A stretch of DNA of 33,428 bases from an uncultured Clostridium sp. (lineage in GTDB: Bacteria; Bacillota; Clostridia; TANB77; CAG-508). The translations under genes were made by a program, and so were the position numbers. Where the stretch lies: assembly GCA_948468685.1 (NCBI GenBank), contig CAOKJC010000002.1, positions 1 to 33,428 of the forward strand, read 5' to 3'. This document shows positions 1 through 7,742 of this stretch, piece after piece; positions within the stretch are counted from its first letter, which is position 1, and each line of letters starts with the position of its first letter. A model generated the notes under the pieces. The model ran no database searches. It was not told where the DNA came from and saw nothing but the letters and a program-made list of their open reading frames with translations.

Positions 1-1200
1 AGAACAAGCTTCATCTAAAATATCAATTGCTTTATCTGGCAAAAATCTATCATGAATATATTTTTCAGACATTTCAACTGCTTGGCGAATAACGTCTGTA
101 GATATTTTTACTTTGTGATATTCTTCATAATATTTTTTAATTCCATCTAAAATTCCAATAGAATCTTCAATATTAGGTTCTTCAACTAAAACCTGTTGAA
201 ATCTTCTTTCTAAAGCAGAATCTTTTTCAATATATTTTCTATATTCTTTTAATGTAGTTGTTCCAATTAATTGAATTTCTCCATTAGAAAGAGCAGGTTT
301 TAAAATATTTGCTGCATTCATAGAGTGTTCGCCATCACCAGCACCTATAATATTATGGATTTCATCAATAACTAAAATGATATTTCCGTATTCTTTACAT
401 TCATCAATAATACCTTTCATTCTAGATTCGAATTGACCTCTAAATTGAGTACCTGCAATTACAGCAGTCATATCTAAAAGATAAACTTCTTTATTCAATA
501 ACTTAGCAGGAACATTTTGATTTGCAATTTTAATTGCTAAACCTTGTGCAATAGCAGTTTTACCAACACCTGGTTCACCAATTAAACAAGGGTTATTTTT
601 AGAACGTCTATTTAAAATTTGTACAATTCTTTGAATTTCTTTTTCTCTACCAATTATCATATCTAATTGATTATTTTTGGCTTTATTTGTAAGGTTTGTT
701 CCATAAGTATCTAGATATTTTTTCTTTTTGCTTTGCTTTGCATCATTTTTCTTTTCAGCTTTAACAGTTACTTTTTTGTTATTTGAATCAGTTTTGTTAT
801 CTGATTTTTGAAAATCATCTGACTTATTTTGTGAAAACATATTTGAAAATATAGAACCCAATGGAATTGCAGCACCTGCAATTTTAGGTCCACTTTCTTC
901 ATCTATTTCATCTTCGCCATCTAAATCACCAAAGGTAATTGCGCCATCAATATTTTTTAAATCTTCTATATTTAAATTTTCTGCAAAATCTTTAAAGATT
1001 GATTCTAATTGTTTATTCATATCTGCTAGATTTATTTTATCTTTTGCTAAAACATCTTGTTGTCTAGCTAATACTTCTGTTGCGTCTATTCCTCTTTTTT
1101 TAGCACAATCGAAGCATAAACCTTCCATTGTACGATTTCCATTATCTATTTTTTCATAAAAAAGTATTGCTGGATTTTTTTTACATTCTGAACATGTCAT
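1..1200 (-). CDS. Clp/Hsp100-family AAA+ ATPase (ClpC/ClpA/ClpB-like), N-terminal 400 codons; gene continues past the left edge
   Basis: Hand translation of the minus strand from ATG at 1198-1200 (GAGGAA RBS upstream) gives [38 protein letters not shown]... Motifs: Walker [16 protein letters not shown], Walker [35 protein letters not shown]. The frame is open to position 1, so it is absent from the ORF track. It has a CxxC...CxxC N-terminus instead of a canonical Clp_N repeat. Confidence 0.88.
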   Translation of the reverse strand, partial: MTCSECKKNPAILFYEKIDNGNRTMEGLCFDCAKKRGIDATEVLARQQDVLAKDKINLADMNKQLESIFKDFAENLNIEDLKNIDGAITFGDLDGEDEIDEESGPKIAGAAIPLGSIFSNMFSQNKSDDFQKSDNKTDSNNKKVTVKAEKKNDAKQSKKKKYLDTYGTNLTNKAKNNQLDMIIGREKEIQRIVQILNRRSKNNPCLIGEPGVGKTAIAQGLAIKIANQNVPAKLLNKEVYLLDMTAVIAGTQFRGQFESRMKGIIDECKEYGNIILVIDEIHNIIGAGDGEHSMNAANILKPALSNGEIQLIGTTTLKEYRKYIEKDSALERRFQQVLVEEPNIEDSIGILDGIKKYYEEYHKVKISTDVIRQAVEMSEKYIHDRFLPDKAIDILDEACS

Positions 1201-1383
1201 AACTTTCTATTCCTCATTTCTATTTTTTTAATATTATATATAATACCGCAAAGTTGGCAAATAGTCAAATTTTTTACCAAAGTTTTTAGTTTTATCTTGA
1301 TTACTTTATGCAAATATGATATATTATATTTATGATATGTTTTAGTAACTTCAAAAATAATTTTTATTTAAGGAGGAAAAAGA

Positions 1384-1626
1384 ATGCCTAAAATGCCAAA
1401 AAAGTATGCAGCAAATCCTGATGAGTTTCGGGGAATCCGGAATAAGCAAAGAAAGGCAAATTACAAAAAGACTCGAAAGAACGGCGTAATTAGAGATTGG
1501 ACAAAGCAGGAAGATAAGGCAGTATTGGCACATGATATTCCTGATGCTGAATTATCGAAGAAAATTATGCGTTCAGTACAGGCAATACAAATTAGAAGAT
1601 CGAGACTGAAAAGTGGCCAAGTTTAA
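1384..1626 (+). CDS. small basic protein with a Myb/SANT-like helix-turn-helix repeat (80 aa)
   Basis: AAGGAGG RBS 6 nt upstream and a strong terminator downstream. The core RDWTKQEDKAVLAHDIPDAELSKKIMRSVQAIQIRRSRL follows the W-x2-(E/Q)ED-x2-L ... R pattern of SANT/Myb repeats. It is GC-richer than its neighbours and uses in-frame CGG Arg codons. Confidence 0.55.
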   Translation: MPKMPKKYAANPDEFRGIRNKQRKANYKKTRKNGVIRDWTKQEDKAVLAHDIPDAELSKKIMRSVQAIQIRRSRLKSGQV

Positions 1627-1632
1627 TAGGGG

Positions 1633-1667
1633 ACAACAGAGAGAACATAAACTCTCTGTTGTTTTTT
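1633..1667 (+). terminator. rho-independent terminator of the 80-aa gene
   Basis: 11-bp stem ACAACAGAGAG / CTCTCTGTTGT with an 8-nt loop, followed by a T6 run. Confidence 0.8.
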
Positions 1668-1902
1668 GTGTATAGGAAAAATCGTTCTACAGAAAAATTG
1701 CAGAGCAATTTTTCGTAGGCGAACAACAGTCGTGGCATGATAAGTAATCTAAAAGGTTAGGTATATTAGGTAGCTTTGGAGTTTTTAGATTGTTTATTGA
1801 ATATTATGTAAAAAAGTGGACAATAAAAATAGGTATTTTTATTGTGTCAAAAAATACCTAATTATATAATTATAAAAAATAAATAAAAGAAGGAGAAAAA
1901 AT

Positions 1903-2472
1903 ATGGAAAAGTTCAAAAGAGCTAATAGAGGTATAACATTAGTTGCACTAATTATTACAATAATAATATTGTTGATATTGGCAGGAATATCAATATCAAG
2001 TTTAACAGGAAGTGGATTATTTAGGAAGGCAGAAGATGCAAAAACACAATATGGAGAAGCTGAAAATAGAGAAAACTCAATATTAGGAGAATATGAAAAT
2101 TACATTAATAATTTAGGAAATAACTTATCTGATGTAGATAAAATTGTACATTTCTCTATAGATGGAGTAGAGTACTCATGTGAAAAGGGAAAAAGATGGA
2201 AAGATTTTGTTGATTATGAAGAGTATGGGGGAAATGAAGTAGTAGCTTATTTAGACGCATCACATTTTGGTGGTGAAATTGATGAAAATCAAAAAATATA
2301 TTGGATAGATTGGATGACTTTTGAAGGTGGTGTAGTAAGTATGGATGCTTATTTTGTTAAATTAGACGGGGAATATATTTACTCAAATTCAGAAATTGTT
2401 TCTGGAAAGTATATTATATCTGATGAAGTTACTTCAATTCATAATTATGGAAATTGTTATATAAAATTTTAA
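1903..2472 (+). CDS. pilin-like protein (prepilin-type N-terminal signal/hydrophobic helix) with a unique C-terminal domain
   Basis: GGAG RBS. The N-terminus MEKFKRANRG|ITLVALIITIIILLILAGISI matches the class III (prepilin) signal pattern K/R-G-[FI]-T-L-[IV]-x-L, but has Ala rather than Glu at +5. The N-terminal ~70 aa are paralogous to the 10815..12002 protein. Confidence 0.7.
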   Translation: MEKFKRANRGITLVALIITIIILLILAGISISSLTGSGLFRKAEDAKTQYGEAENRENSILGEYENYINNLGNNLSDVDKIVHFSIDGVEYSCEKGKRWKDFVDYEEYGGNEVVAYLDASHFGGEIDENQKIYWIDWMTFEGGVVSMDAYFVKLDGEYIYSNSEIVSGKYIISDEVTSIHNYGNCYIKF

Positions 2473-2488
2473 CAAAATTCTGTTTTTA

Positions 2489-2517
2489 AAAAGCAAGAAA
2501 AAATTTCTTGCTTTTTG
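2489..2517 (+). terminator. rho-independent terminator
   Basis: Stem AAGCAAGAAA / TTTCTTGCTT followed by a T run. Confidence 0.75.
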
Positions 2518-2720
2518 TCTTTTTATATAGTAAAATTAAGATAGCCATTCGAGCGAAGCGAGTTACGGATATCTTATACAAATGAACGATAGTGAATTTG
2601 TAATCAAAAGAGAGATAAGTAATAGCGAATTTGTAACAATAAAAAATAAATGAGGGCTGTCCCTTTTGGCTGATTTTTGTGTCAAAAAAGGGCGTTCCTA
2701 TTGACACAGAGGAGTAAAAA

Positions 2721-5700
2721 ATGTATTTAAAAAGATTAGAATTACAAGGATTCAAATCCTTTGCAGATAAAACAATATTAGAACTAAGACCAGGAATAAC
2801 AACAGCCATTGGACCAAATGGTTCAGGAAAAAGTAATATATCAGACGCAATAAGATGGGTACTAGGGGAACAAAGCATGAAATCACTAAGAGGAGCAAAG
2901 TCATTAGACGTCATATTTGCAGGTACACAAAATAGAAAATCTTTAGGGTTTGCAGAAGCATCTTTAGTGTTTGATAATAGTGATGGAGAATTGCCAATTG
3001 AATATACAGAAGTAACAGTCACAAGAAAGATATATAGAAGTGGAGAAACAGGATATTATATAAATAAAGTTCCATGTAGATTAAAAGATGTATTAGAATT
3101 ATTTATGGATACAGGAATTGGTAAAGATGGATATTCAATAATTGGGCAAGGTAAAATTGATGAGATTTTAAGTAATAAATCAGAAGATAGAAGACATATT
3201 TTTGAGGAAGCAGCAGGAATTGTGAAATATAGAACAAGAAAAGAAGAGTCAGAGAAAAAGTTAGAGCACACAAAATTAAATCTTCTTAGAATAAATGATA
3301 TTTTGTCTGAAATTGAAGGTAATTTAGAACCATTACAAATGCAAGCTGATAAGGCTAAGAAATATTTGAATTTAAGAGAAGAACTAAAAAGTATTGAGAT
3401 AGGTTTATTTGTATACAATATAGAAAAATACAAAAATGATTTACAAGAATTAGTTCAATCAATAGATGTAATGACTACTCAATGTAGTGAAGAGGAAGAA
3501 AAATTAGAAGCAGTAAAAGCATTAAAAGAAGAGCTAAAATCTAATATTGACAAAATTACAGAAGAGATTGAAAGTATGTCAAATATAGGGTTTGAAAGTA
3601 AAAAGCAAATTGAAATATTAAATTCAGATATTAATGTAGCAAAAACAAAAATTGAAAATAATAATGAAAATAGTGAAAGATATTCAAAAGAAATTGAAGA
3701 GCAAACTGTTAGAATTACAGAATTAAATGAAGAAATTGAACAAAAACAGAGTAAGAAAGATAATTTAAAGAAAAATAAAGAAAAGTTTGAAAATGAATTG
3801 AAGGAAAAGCAAGAAGAATTAGATAAATTGACACAAAAATTATCTTCAAAAGAATTGGAAATTGAAGGATATAAACAAACAGTAGAACAAAATACAGATA
3901 GAAAATATGAGCTTCAATCAGAGATTAACACACAAAATGTTAATTATCAAAACTATGAAAAAAGACAAGCACAAGTAAAACAAGAAATTCAAATTACAAT
4001 TTCAGAATTAGATGGTACAAGACTTAATAAAGAAGATATTTATAAACAATTTACTGAAATTGAAAATAAAAAGAACAAAATTCAAAAATCATTAGACGAT
4101 GTAGCAAAGCAAAGAGGAGAAGCAAATCAAAAAATAAAATCTTATGAAAATGAAATTAATAATTTATCTAGTGAGATGAGAATAAAAGAATCAAGACTTA
4201 AATTCTTAATTGAAACAGAAAAAGAAAAAGAAGGATATATAAAAAGTGTTAAATCTTTATTACAAGATTGCGAAAATGTTAAAGAATTAGGAAAAGGTAT
4301 GCATGGAGTTTTAGCAAATGTTATAGAAGTTCCTGATGATTTAGAAACAGCAATTGAAATGTGTTTAGGTGCTAGTCTTCAAAATATTGTAACAGAAACA
4401 GAAGATGATGCAAAAAAATTAGTTGAACATCTAAGAAAAAATAATTTAGGAAGGGCATCATTTTTACCAATTTCATCTGTTAAAGGTAAAAAATTAGATA
4501 AAATAAAAGGAAATGAAAAAGGTGTAATTGGTGTTGCATCAGATTTAATAAAATATAACAAAAAGTATGAGCAAATCATATTAAATTTACTTGGTAGAAC
4601 AGTTATTGTTGATACAATGGAAACAGCAATAAAAGTAGCTAAACAAAATGGATATACATTTAGAATAGTAACAGTAGAAGGAGACTTAATTAATCCATCA
4701 GGAGCAATAACAGGAGGTTCAGTTGCTAAAAAGACTGTAAATATATTAGGTAGAGGAAAAGAAATTGAAAAATTAGAAAAAGAAATTAATAATTTAAAAC
4801 AAAGAATTGAAAAATTACAAAATGACAAATTAAATTATGAAGAATCAATTGAAGGTATTTTAGAGTTATCATCAAATTTAGAAAAAGAGCTACAAGAAAT
4901 AGATATTACATATGCAACCGAAAAACAGAAGGTAGTTTCAATTGATGAAAATATAGAAAAGTTAGAAAAACGTTTAGCTAGATTAAAAGAAGAACAACAA
5001 AGTCTTGAAAAGCAAAAAGAAGAGGCAGTATCTGTAAAAGGTAATTTACAAGTAGAGATAAATAAAATTGCTGAACAAAATCAAGAATTATCAAAGGTTA
5101 TAACAGAGTTTGCTGAACTTAATAAAGATGACCAAAAATATATAGATGACTTAAATTTTGATATCACTAATTTAAAAATATCTGTATCATCATTTGATGA
5201 AAGTGAAGCTTCAATTGAAGAAATTCAAGAAAGAATTAATCAAGAATTAGAAAATACAAAAATAAGTATTGAAAATAAAAAGACTCAAATAGAACAAATA
5301 AAAGCAGAAAATGAGAACTTAGAAAAATCAATAAATGAAACACTTCAAAAAATTGAAGAAGTAAAAACAGAGGTTCAAAATAGCAGTTCTAAAATAGAAG
5401 AGTTGAAACAAGAAAGAATTCAAAAAAGTGAAAAACTTTCAAAACAAGAAGATGAAATTACAGATAAATTTAAAATAATAGAAGATTTAAAAGGTCAACT
5501 TGTAAAATTAGATGTAAAGAAAACAAAAATAGAAGAAGATATTAATGGAATTTATAATAAGATGTGGGAGGAATATGAGCTTACACCAAACAATGTAGGT
5601 GAATATCAAAGACCTGAAAATGTTCAATTAACACAAAGAAGAGTAAATAGTTTGAGAAATGAAATAAGAGAACTTGGAAGTGTTAACGTAGATTCTATTG

Positions 5701-6269
5701 AAGAATACAAGAATTTAAAAGATAGATATGACTTTATGAGTGAACAAAGACTTGATTTAGAAAATACAATGAGTAAACTTAGAAGTGTAATTTCTGATAT
5801 GACACAAATAATGAAAGAACAATTTAAAGAAAAATTCAAAGTAATAAATAAAAACTTTGGAGAAGTATTTGCAGAATTATTTGGTGGAGGAAAAGCAGAG
5901 CTAATACTAGAAGACGAAAATAATATTCTAGAATGTGGAATAGAAATTACTGTACAACCACCAGGAAAGAAATTACAAAATATGACTTTGTTGTCAGGTG
6001 GAGAAAAAGCATTTACAGCAATAGCGTTATTATTTGCAATTTTGAAAATAAATCCAGCGCCTTTCTGTGTACTAGATGAAATTGAAGCTGCACTTGATGA
6101 TGTTAATGTATTTAGATATGCTGAATATTTAAAGAAATTTGCTGAAAATACACAATTTTTGGTTATTACTCATAGAAAAGGAACAATGGAAGTTGCTGAT
6201 ACTGTTTATGGTGTTACTATGGAAGAGAGTGGTATTTCTAAATTGTTGTCGATGAAAATGTCCCAATAG
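2721..6269 (+). CDS. smc: chromosome segregation protein SMC
   Basis: 1182 aa. N-terminal Walker A GPNGSGKSNISDAIRWVLGEQS, long coiled coils, hinge GVLANVIEV...GRASFLPIS, C-terminal signature LSGGEKAFTAIALLFAI and Walker B FCVLDEIEAALDD. Confidence 0.97.
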   Translation: MYLKRLELQGFKSFADKTILELRPGITTAIGPNGSGKSNISDAIRWVLGEQSMKSLRGAKSLDVIFAGTQNRKSLGFAEASLVFDNSDGELPIEYTEVTVTRKIYRSGETGYYINKVPCRLKDVLELFMDTGIGKDGYSIIGQGKIDEILSNKSEDRRHIFEEAAGIVKYRTRKEESEKKLEHTKLNLLRINDILSEIEGNLEPLQMQADKAKKYLNLREELKSIEIGLFVYNIEKYKNDLQELVQSIDVMTTQCSEEEEKLEAVKALKEELKSNIDKITEEIESMSNIGFESKKQIEILNSDINVAKTKIENNNENSERYSKEIEEQTVRITELNEEIEQKQSKKDNLKKNKEKFENELKEKQEELDKLTQKLSSKELEIEGYKQTVEQNTDRKYELQSEINTQNVNYQNYEKRQAQVKQEIQITISELDGTRLNKEDIYKQFTEIENKKNKIQKSLDDVAKQRGEANQKIKSYENEINNLSSEMRIKESRLKFLIETEKEKEGYIKSVKSLLQDCENVKELGKGMHGVLANVIEVPDDLETAIEMCLGASLQNIVTETEDDAKKLVEHLRKNNLGRASFLPISSVKGKKLDKIKGNEKGVIGVASDLIKYNKKYEQIILNLLGRTVIVDTMETAIKVAKQNGYTFRIVTVEGDLINPSGAITGGSVAKKTVNILGRGKEIEKLEKEINNLKQRIEKLQNDKLNYEESIEGILELSSNLEKELQEIDITYATEKQKVVSIDENIEKLEKRLARLKEEQQSLEKQKEEAVSVKGNLQVEINKIAEQNQELSKVITEFAELNKDDQKYIDDLNFDITNLKISVSSFDESEASIEEIQERINQELENTKISIENKKTQIEQIKAENENLEKSINETLQKIEEVKTEVQNSSSKIEELKQERIQKSEKLSKQEDEITDKFKIIEDLKGQLVKLDVKKTKIEEDINGIYNKMWEEYELTPNNVGEYQRPENVQLTQRRVNSLRNEIRELGSVNVDSIEEYKNLKDRYDFMSEQRLDLENTMSKLRSVISDMTQIMKEQFKEKFKVINKNFGEVFAELFGGGKAELILEDENNILECGIEITVQPPGKKLQNMTLLSGGEKAFTAIALLFAILKINPAPFCVLDEIEAALDDVNVFRYAEYLKKFAENTQFLVITHRKGTMEVADTVYGVTMEESGISKLLSMKMSQ

Positions 6270-6343
6270 GGACGTTTCTTTTTGGGACATTTTGTCCCAA
6301 AAGGGACACATCTTATTATTAATAGCAAAAGAATTTGAATAAG

Positions 6344-6381
6344 AAAAACGATGGGACTTAGTTACTTTCCATCGTTTTTTT
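6344..6381. terminator. bidirectional terminator hairpin (smc on +, small ORF on -)
   Basis: Stem CGATGG / CCATCG with an A5 run on the left and a T7 run on the right. The sequence is repeated almost identically at 6725..6761. Confidence 0.65.
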
Positions 6382-6409
6382 GTGCATTTCAATTATTATA
6401 TTACTTTAG

Positions 6410-6649
6410 TTACATGATTGTAAATCCAGAAAGGCAAGCTTGGATTTTGCAGTCTTTTAATTTCATTTCAGTTTCAACAGGATAAACAGGAGATTCCGAA
6501 AGATAAAAGTTAACATTTTTCTTTCTTTTTCTTTTACCTTTTATCGGATGAGACTCTTTTAACCAGTTTACAAACCGGATATACTTTTCGTAGCTATCCG
6601 TTGTTGCAGTTATAGTTGTATGGGGTCCTTTAAAAGTAATTTTGTACAT
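6410..6649 (-). CDS. small hypothetical protein, paralogue A (79 aa)
   Basis: GGAGG RBS (revcomp of gcctcctat). N-terminus MYKITFKGPHTTITATTDSYEKYIRFVNWLKE is paralogous to the 6785..6991 product. GC-richer than the backbone. Confidence 0.6.
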   Translation of the reverse strand: MYKITFKGPHTTITATTDSYEKYIRFVNWLKESHPIKGKRKRKKNVNFYLSESPVYPVETEMKLKDCKIQACLSGFTIM

Positions 6650-6724
6650 AATTTTATGCCTCCTATATGTTAGTATAAAATAATTATATCACAATTTTAC
6701 AATTTTTACAATAACTAACATAAT

Positions 6725-6761
6725 AAAAACGGCGGAATTTAGTTACTTTCCACCGTTTTTT
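6725..6761. terminator. terminator hairpin, second copy of the cassette flank
   Basis: AACGGCGG ... CCACCGTT (one mismatch) plus a T run. The following GTGCATTTCAATTATTGTATTACTT is near-identical to 6381..6405. Confidence 0.55.
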
Positions 6762-6784
6762 GTGCATTTCAATTATTGTATTAC

Positions 6785-6991
6785 TTAATAGGCTGTGAGT
6801 CCGATACGGCGAGCTTTGGTTCTGCAAGCTATCAGCCGCTTTTCAGATGCGATAGGATATGCATCAATATCAACATCTCCATTTGTCGGATTATACTCAT
6901 GTAACCATTTTATGAACCGGACATACATCTCGTAATTATCCGTTTCAGCGGTTAGTGTTGTTTCAGGTCCTTGCAAAGTAATTTTGTACAT
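6785..6991 (-). CDS. small hypothetical protein, paralogue B (68 aa)
   Basis: Same RBS and 5'UTR as paralogue A. MYKITLQGPETTLTAETDNYEMYVRFIKWLHEYNP aligns with paralogue A. Noticeably GC-rich (CGG, CCG, GCG codons). Confidence 0.6.
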   Translation of the reverse strand: MYKITLQGPETTLTAETDNYEMYVRFIKWLHEYNPTNGDVDIDAYPIASEKRLIACRTKARRIGLTAY

Positions 6992-7055
6992 AATTTTTAT
7001 GCCTCCTATATATTGATAAAATAATTATAACATAAATTTACAACTAATGCAATAG

Positions 7056-7631
7056 TTAACATAAGAAAAATTTTGAAAGTCCTATAAAAATTAGTAAAAT
7101 TCCAGATATTAGTGACCATATATTTTCAGGTAATTTATAAAGTTTATTAATATTTTTACCCAAAAGACTACCAATGCTTAAAAAGAACAACTGAAAAATA
7201 CTAACTAATATAGGAAATAATCTTAAATTTATATTACTAATACTTCCTCCTATTCCAATACATAAACTATCTAAAGAAAGAGCTATTGCTAAAAATATTG
7301 ATTCTCTTGAATCTATAATTTTAGACTTATCTAAATCTGAAGATATAGGGTTATTGAATATATTTGAAAAATCTTCTTTTAATGCTTGCAAACATATATA
7401 AACTCCCATAAAAATTAGAATAGAGCTACCAATTAATTTGGTTAAAAAATGAGGAAAAATTGATTCTATAATGTTTCCTAGAAATATTGATATATAAGTT
7501 ACTGTTATAGAAATGATAAATAATAGTATTTTTCCTATTAAAGAAATTTTTGTATTTTTAATTCCATATGTAATTCCGATTCCTAGTGAATCGATGCTAC
7601 TTGAAATTGCTAAAATAAAAGAACTTAACAT
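7056..7631 (-). CDS. YtaF/MntP-family (DUF204) membrane protein
   Basis: Two internally repeated halves carry SIDSLGIGITYG and SLDSLCIGIGGS motifs, typical of sporulation protein YtaF / Mn efflux MntP. Start chosen at the internal ATG (MLSSFILAIS) preceded by AGAGGTG. The ORF-track start at 7703 has no RBS. Confidence 0.8.
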   Translation of the reverse strand: MLSSFILAISSSIDSLGIGITYGIKNTKISLIGKILLFIISITVTYISIFLGNIIESIFPHFLTKLIGSSILIFMGVYICLQALKEDFSNIFNNPISSDLDKSKIIDSRESIFLAIALSLDSLCIGIGGSISNINLRLFPILVSIFQLFFLSIGSLLGKNINKLYKLPENIWSLISGILLIFIGLSKFFLC

Positions 7632-7742
7632 AATAACACCTCTTAAAACATAATATGACAAAAAATAAAAAATGTTATTTAGTAATAAAAAAGTACAAGC
7701 CACATATAATTTAATAATTCATAAGAAAAAGGAGTGAATTTT

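Noticed and set aside
1201-1330. CtsR operator (GGTCAAA-NAN-GGTCAAA) or CIRCE element upstream of the clp genes (also checked at 25801..25976 and 26589..26802).
   Set aside because: Only single partial heptads (AGTCAAA; GGTCT repeats with the wrong spacing) are present. There is no acceptable tandem match and no TTAGCACTC-N9-GAGTGCTAA.
1820-1859. Two mutually exclusive hairpins (ACAATAAAAATA/TATTTTTATTGT and AGGTATTTTT/AAAAATACCT) upstream of the first pilin-like gene, considered as a possible attenuator.
   Set aside because: They lie upstream of the most likely -10 element (TATAAT near 1866), have no T tail, and are pure A/T stems that arise easily in this composition.
2593-2640. Direct repeats GTGAATTTGTAATCAA / GCGAATTTGTAACAAT upstream of smc resemble GCGAATTGGTACAAAT at 30411..30426 near the Rep-like gene, so they might be a relic of a related element.
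   Set aside because: These are only ~16-nt matches in AT-rich DNA with no supporting flanking similarity. Chance cannot be excluded without a statistical search.
2486-3022. 178-aa minus-strand ORF overlapping the smc start. The same class of ORFs occurs at 3056..3433, 4379..4828, 5624..5839 and 6129..6392.
   Set aside because: These lie antisense to a confidently identified gene. Their translations are low-complexity S/F/I/L-rich, they have no RBS, and this is the typical shadow-ORF pattern of AT-rich DNA.
6570-6925. In-frame CGG codons in the two small paralogous ORFs (YIRF / YVRF) considered as additional +1 shift sites.
   Set aside because: In both, CGG encodes a conserved Arg in the continuing frame, and skipping the C gives an immediate stop. 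These are treated as ordinary Arg codons in foreign GC-richer genes, which counts as a caveat against the recoding idea.
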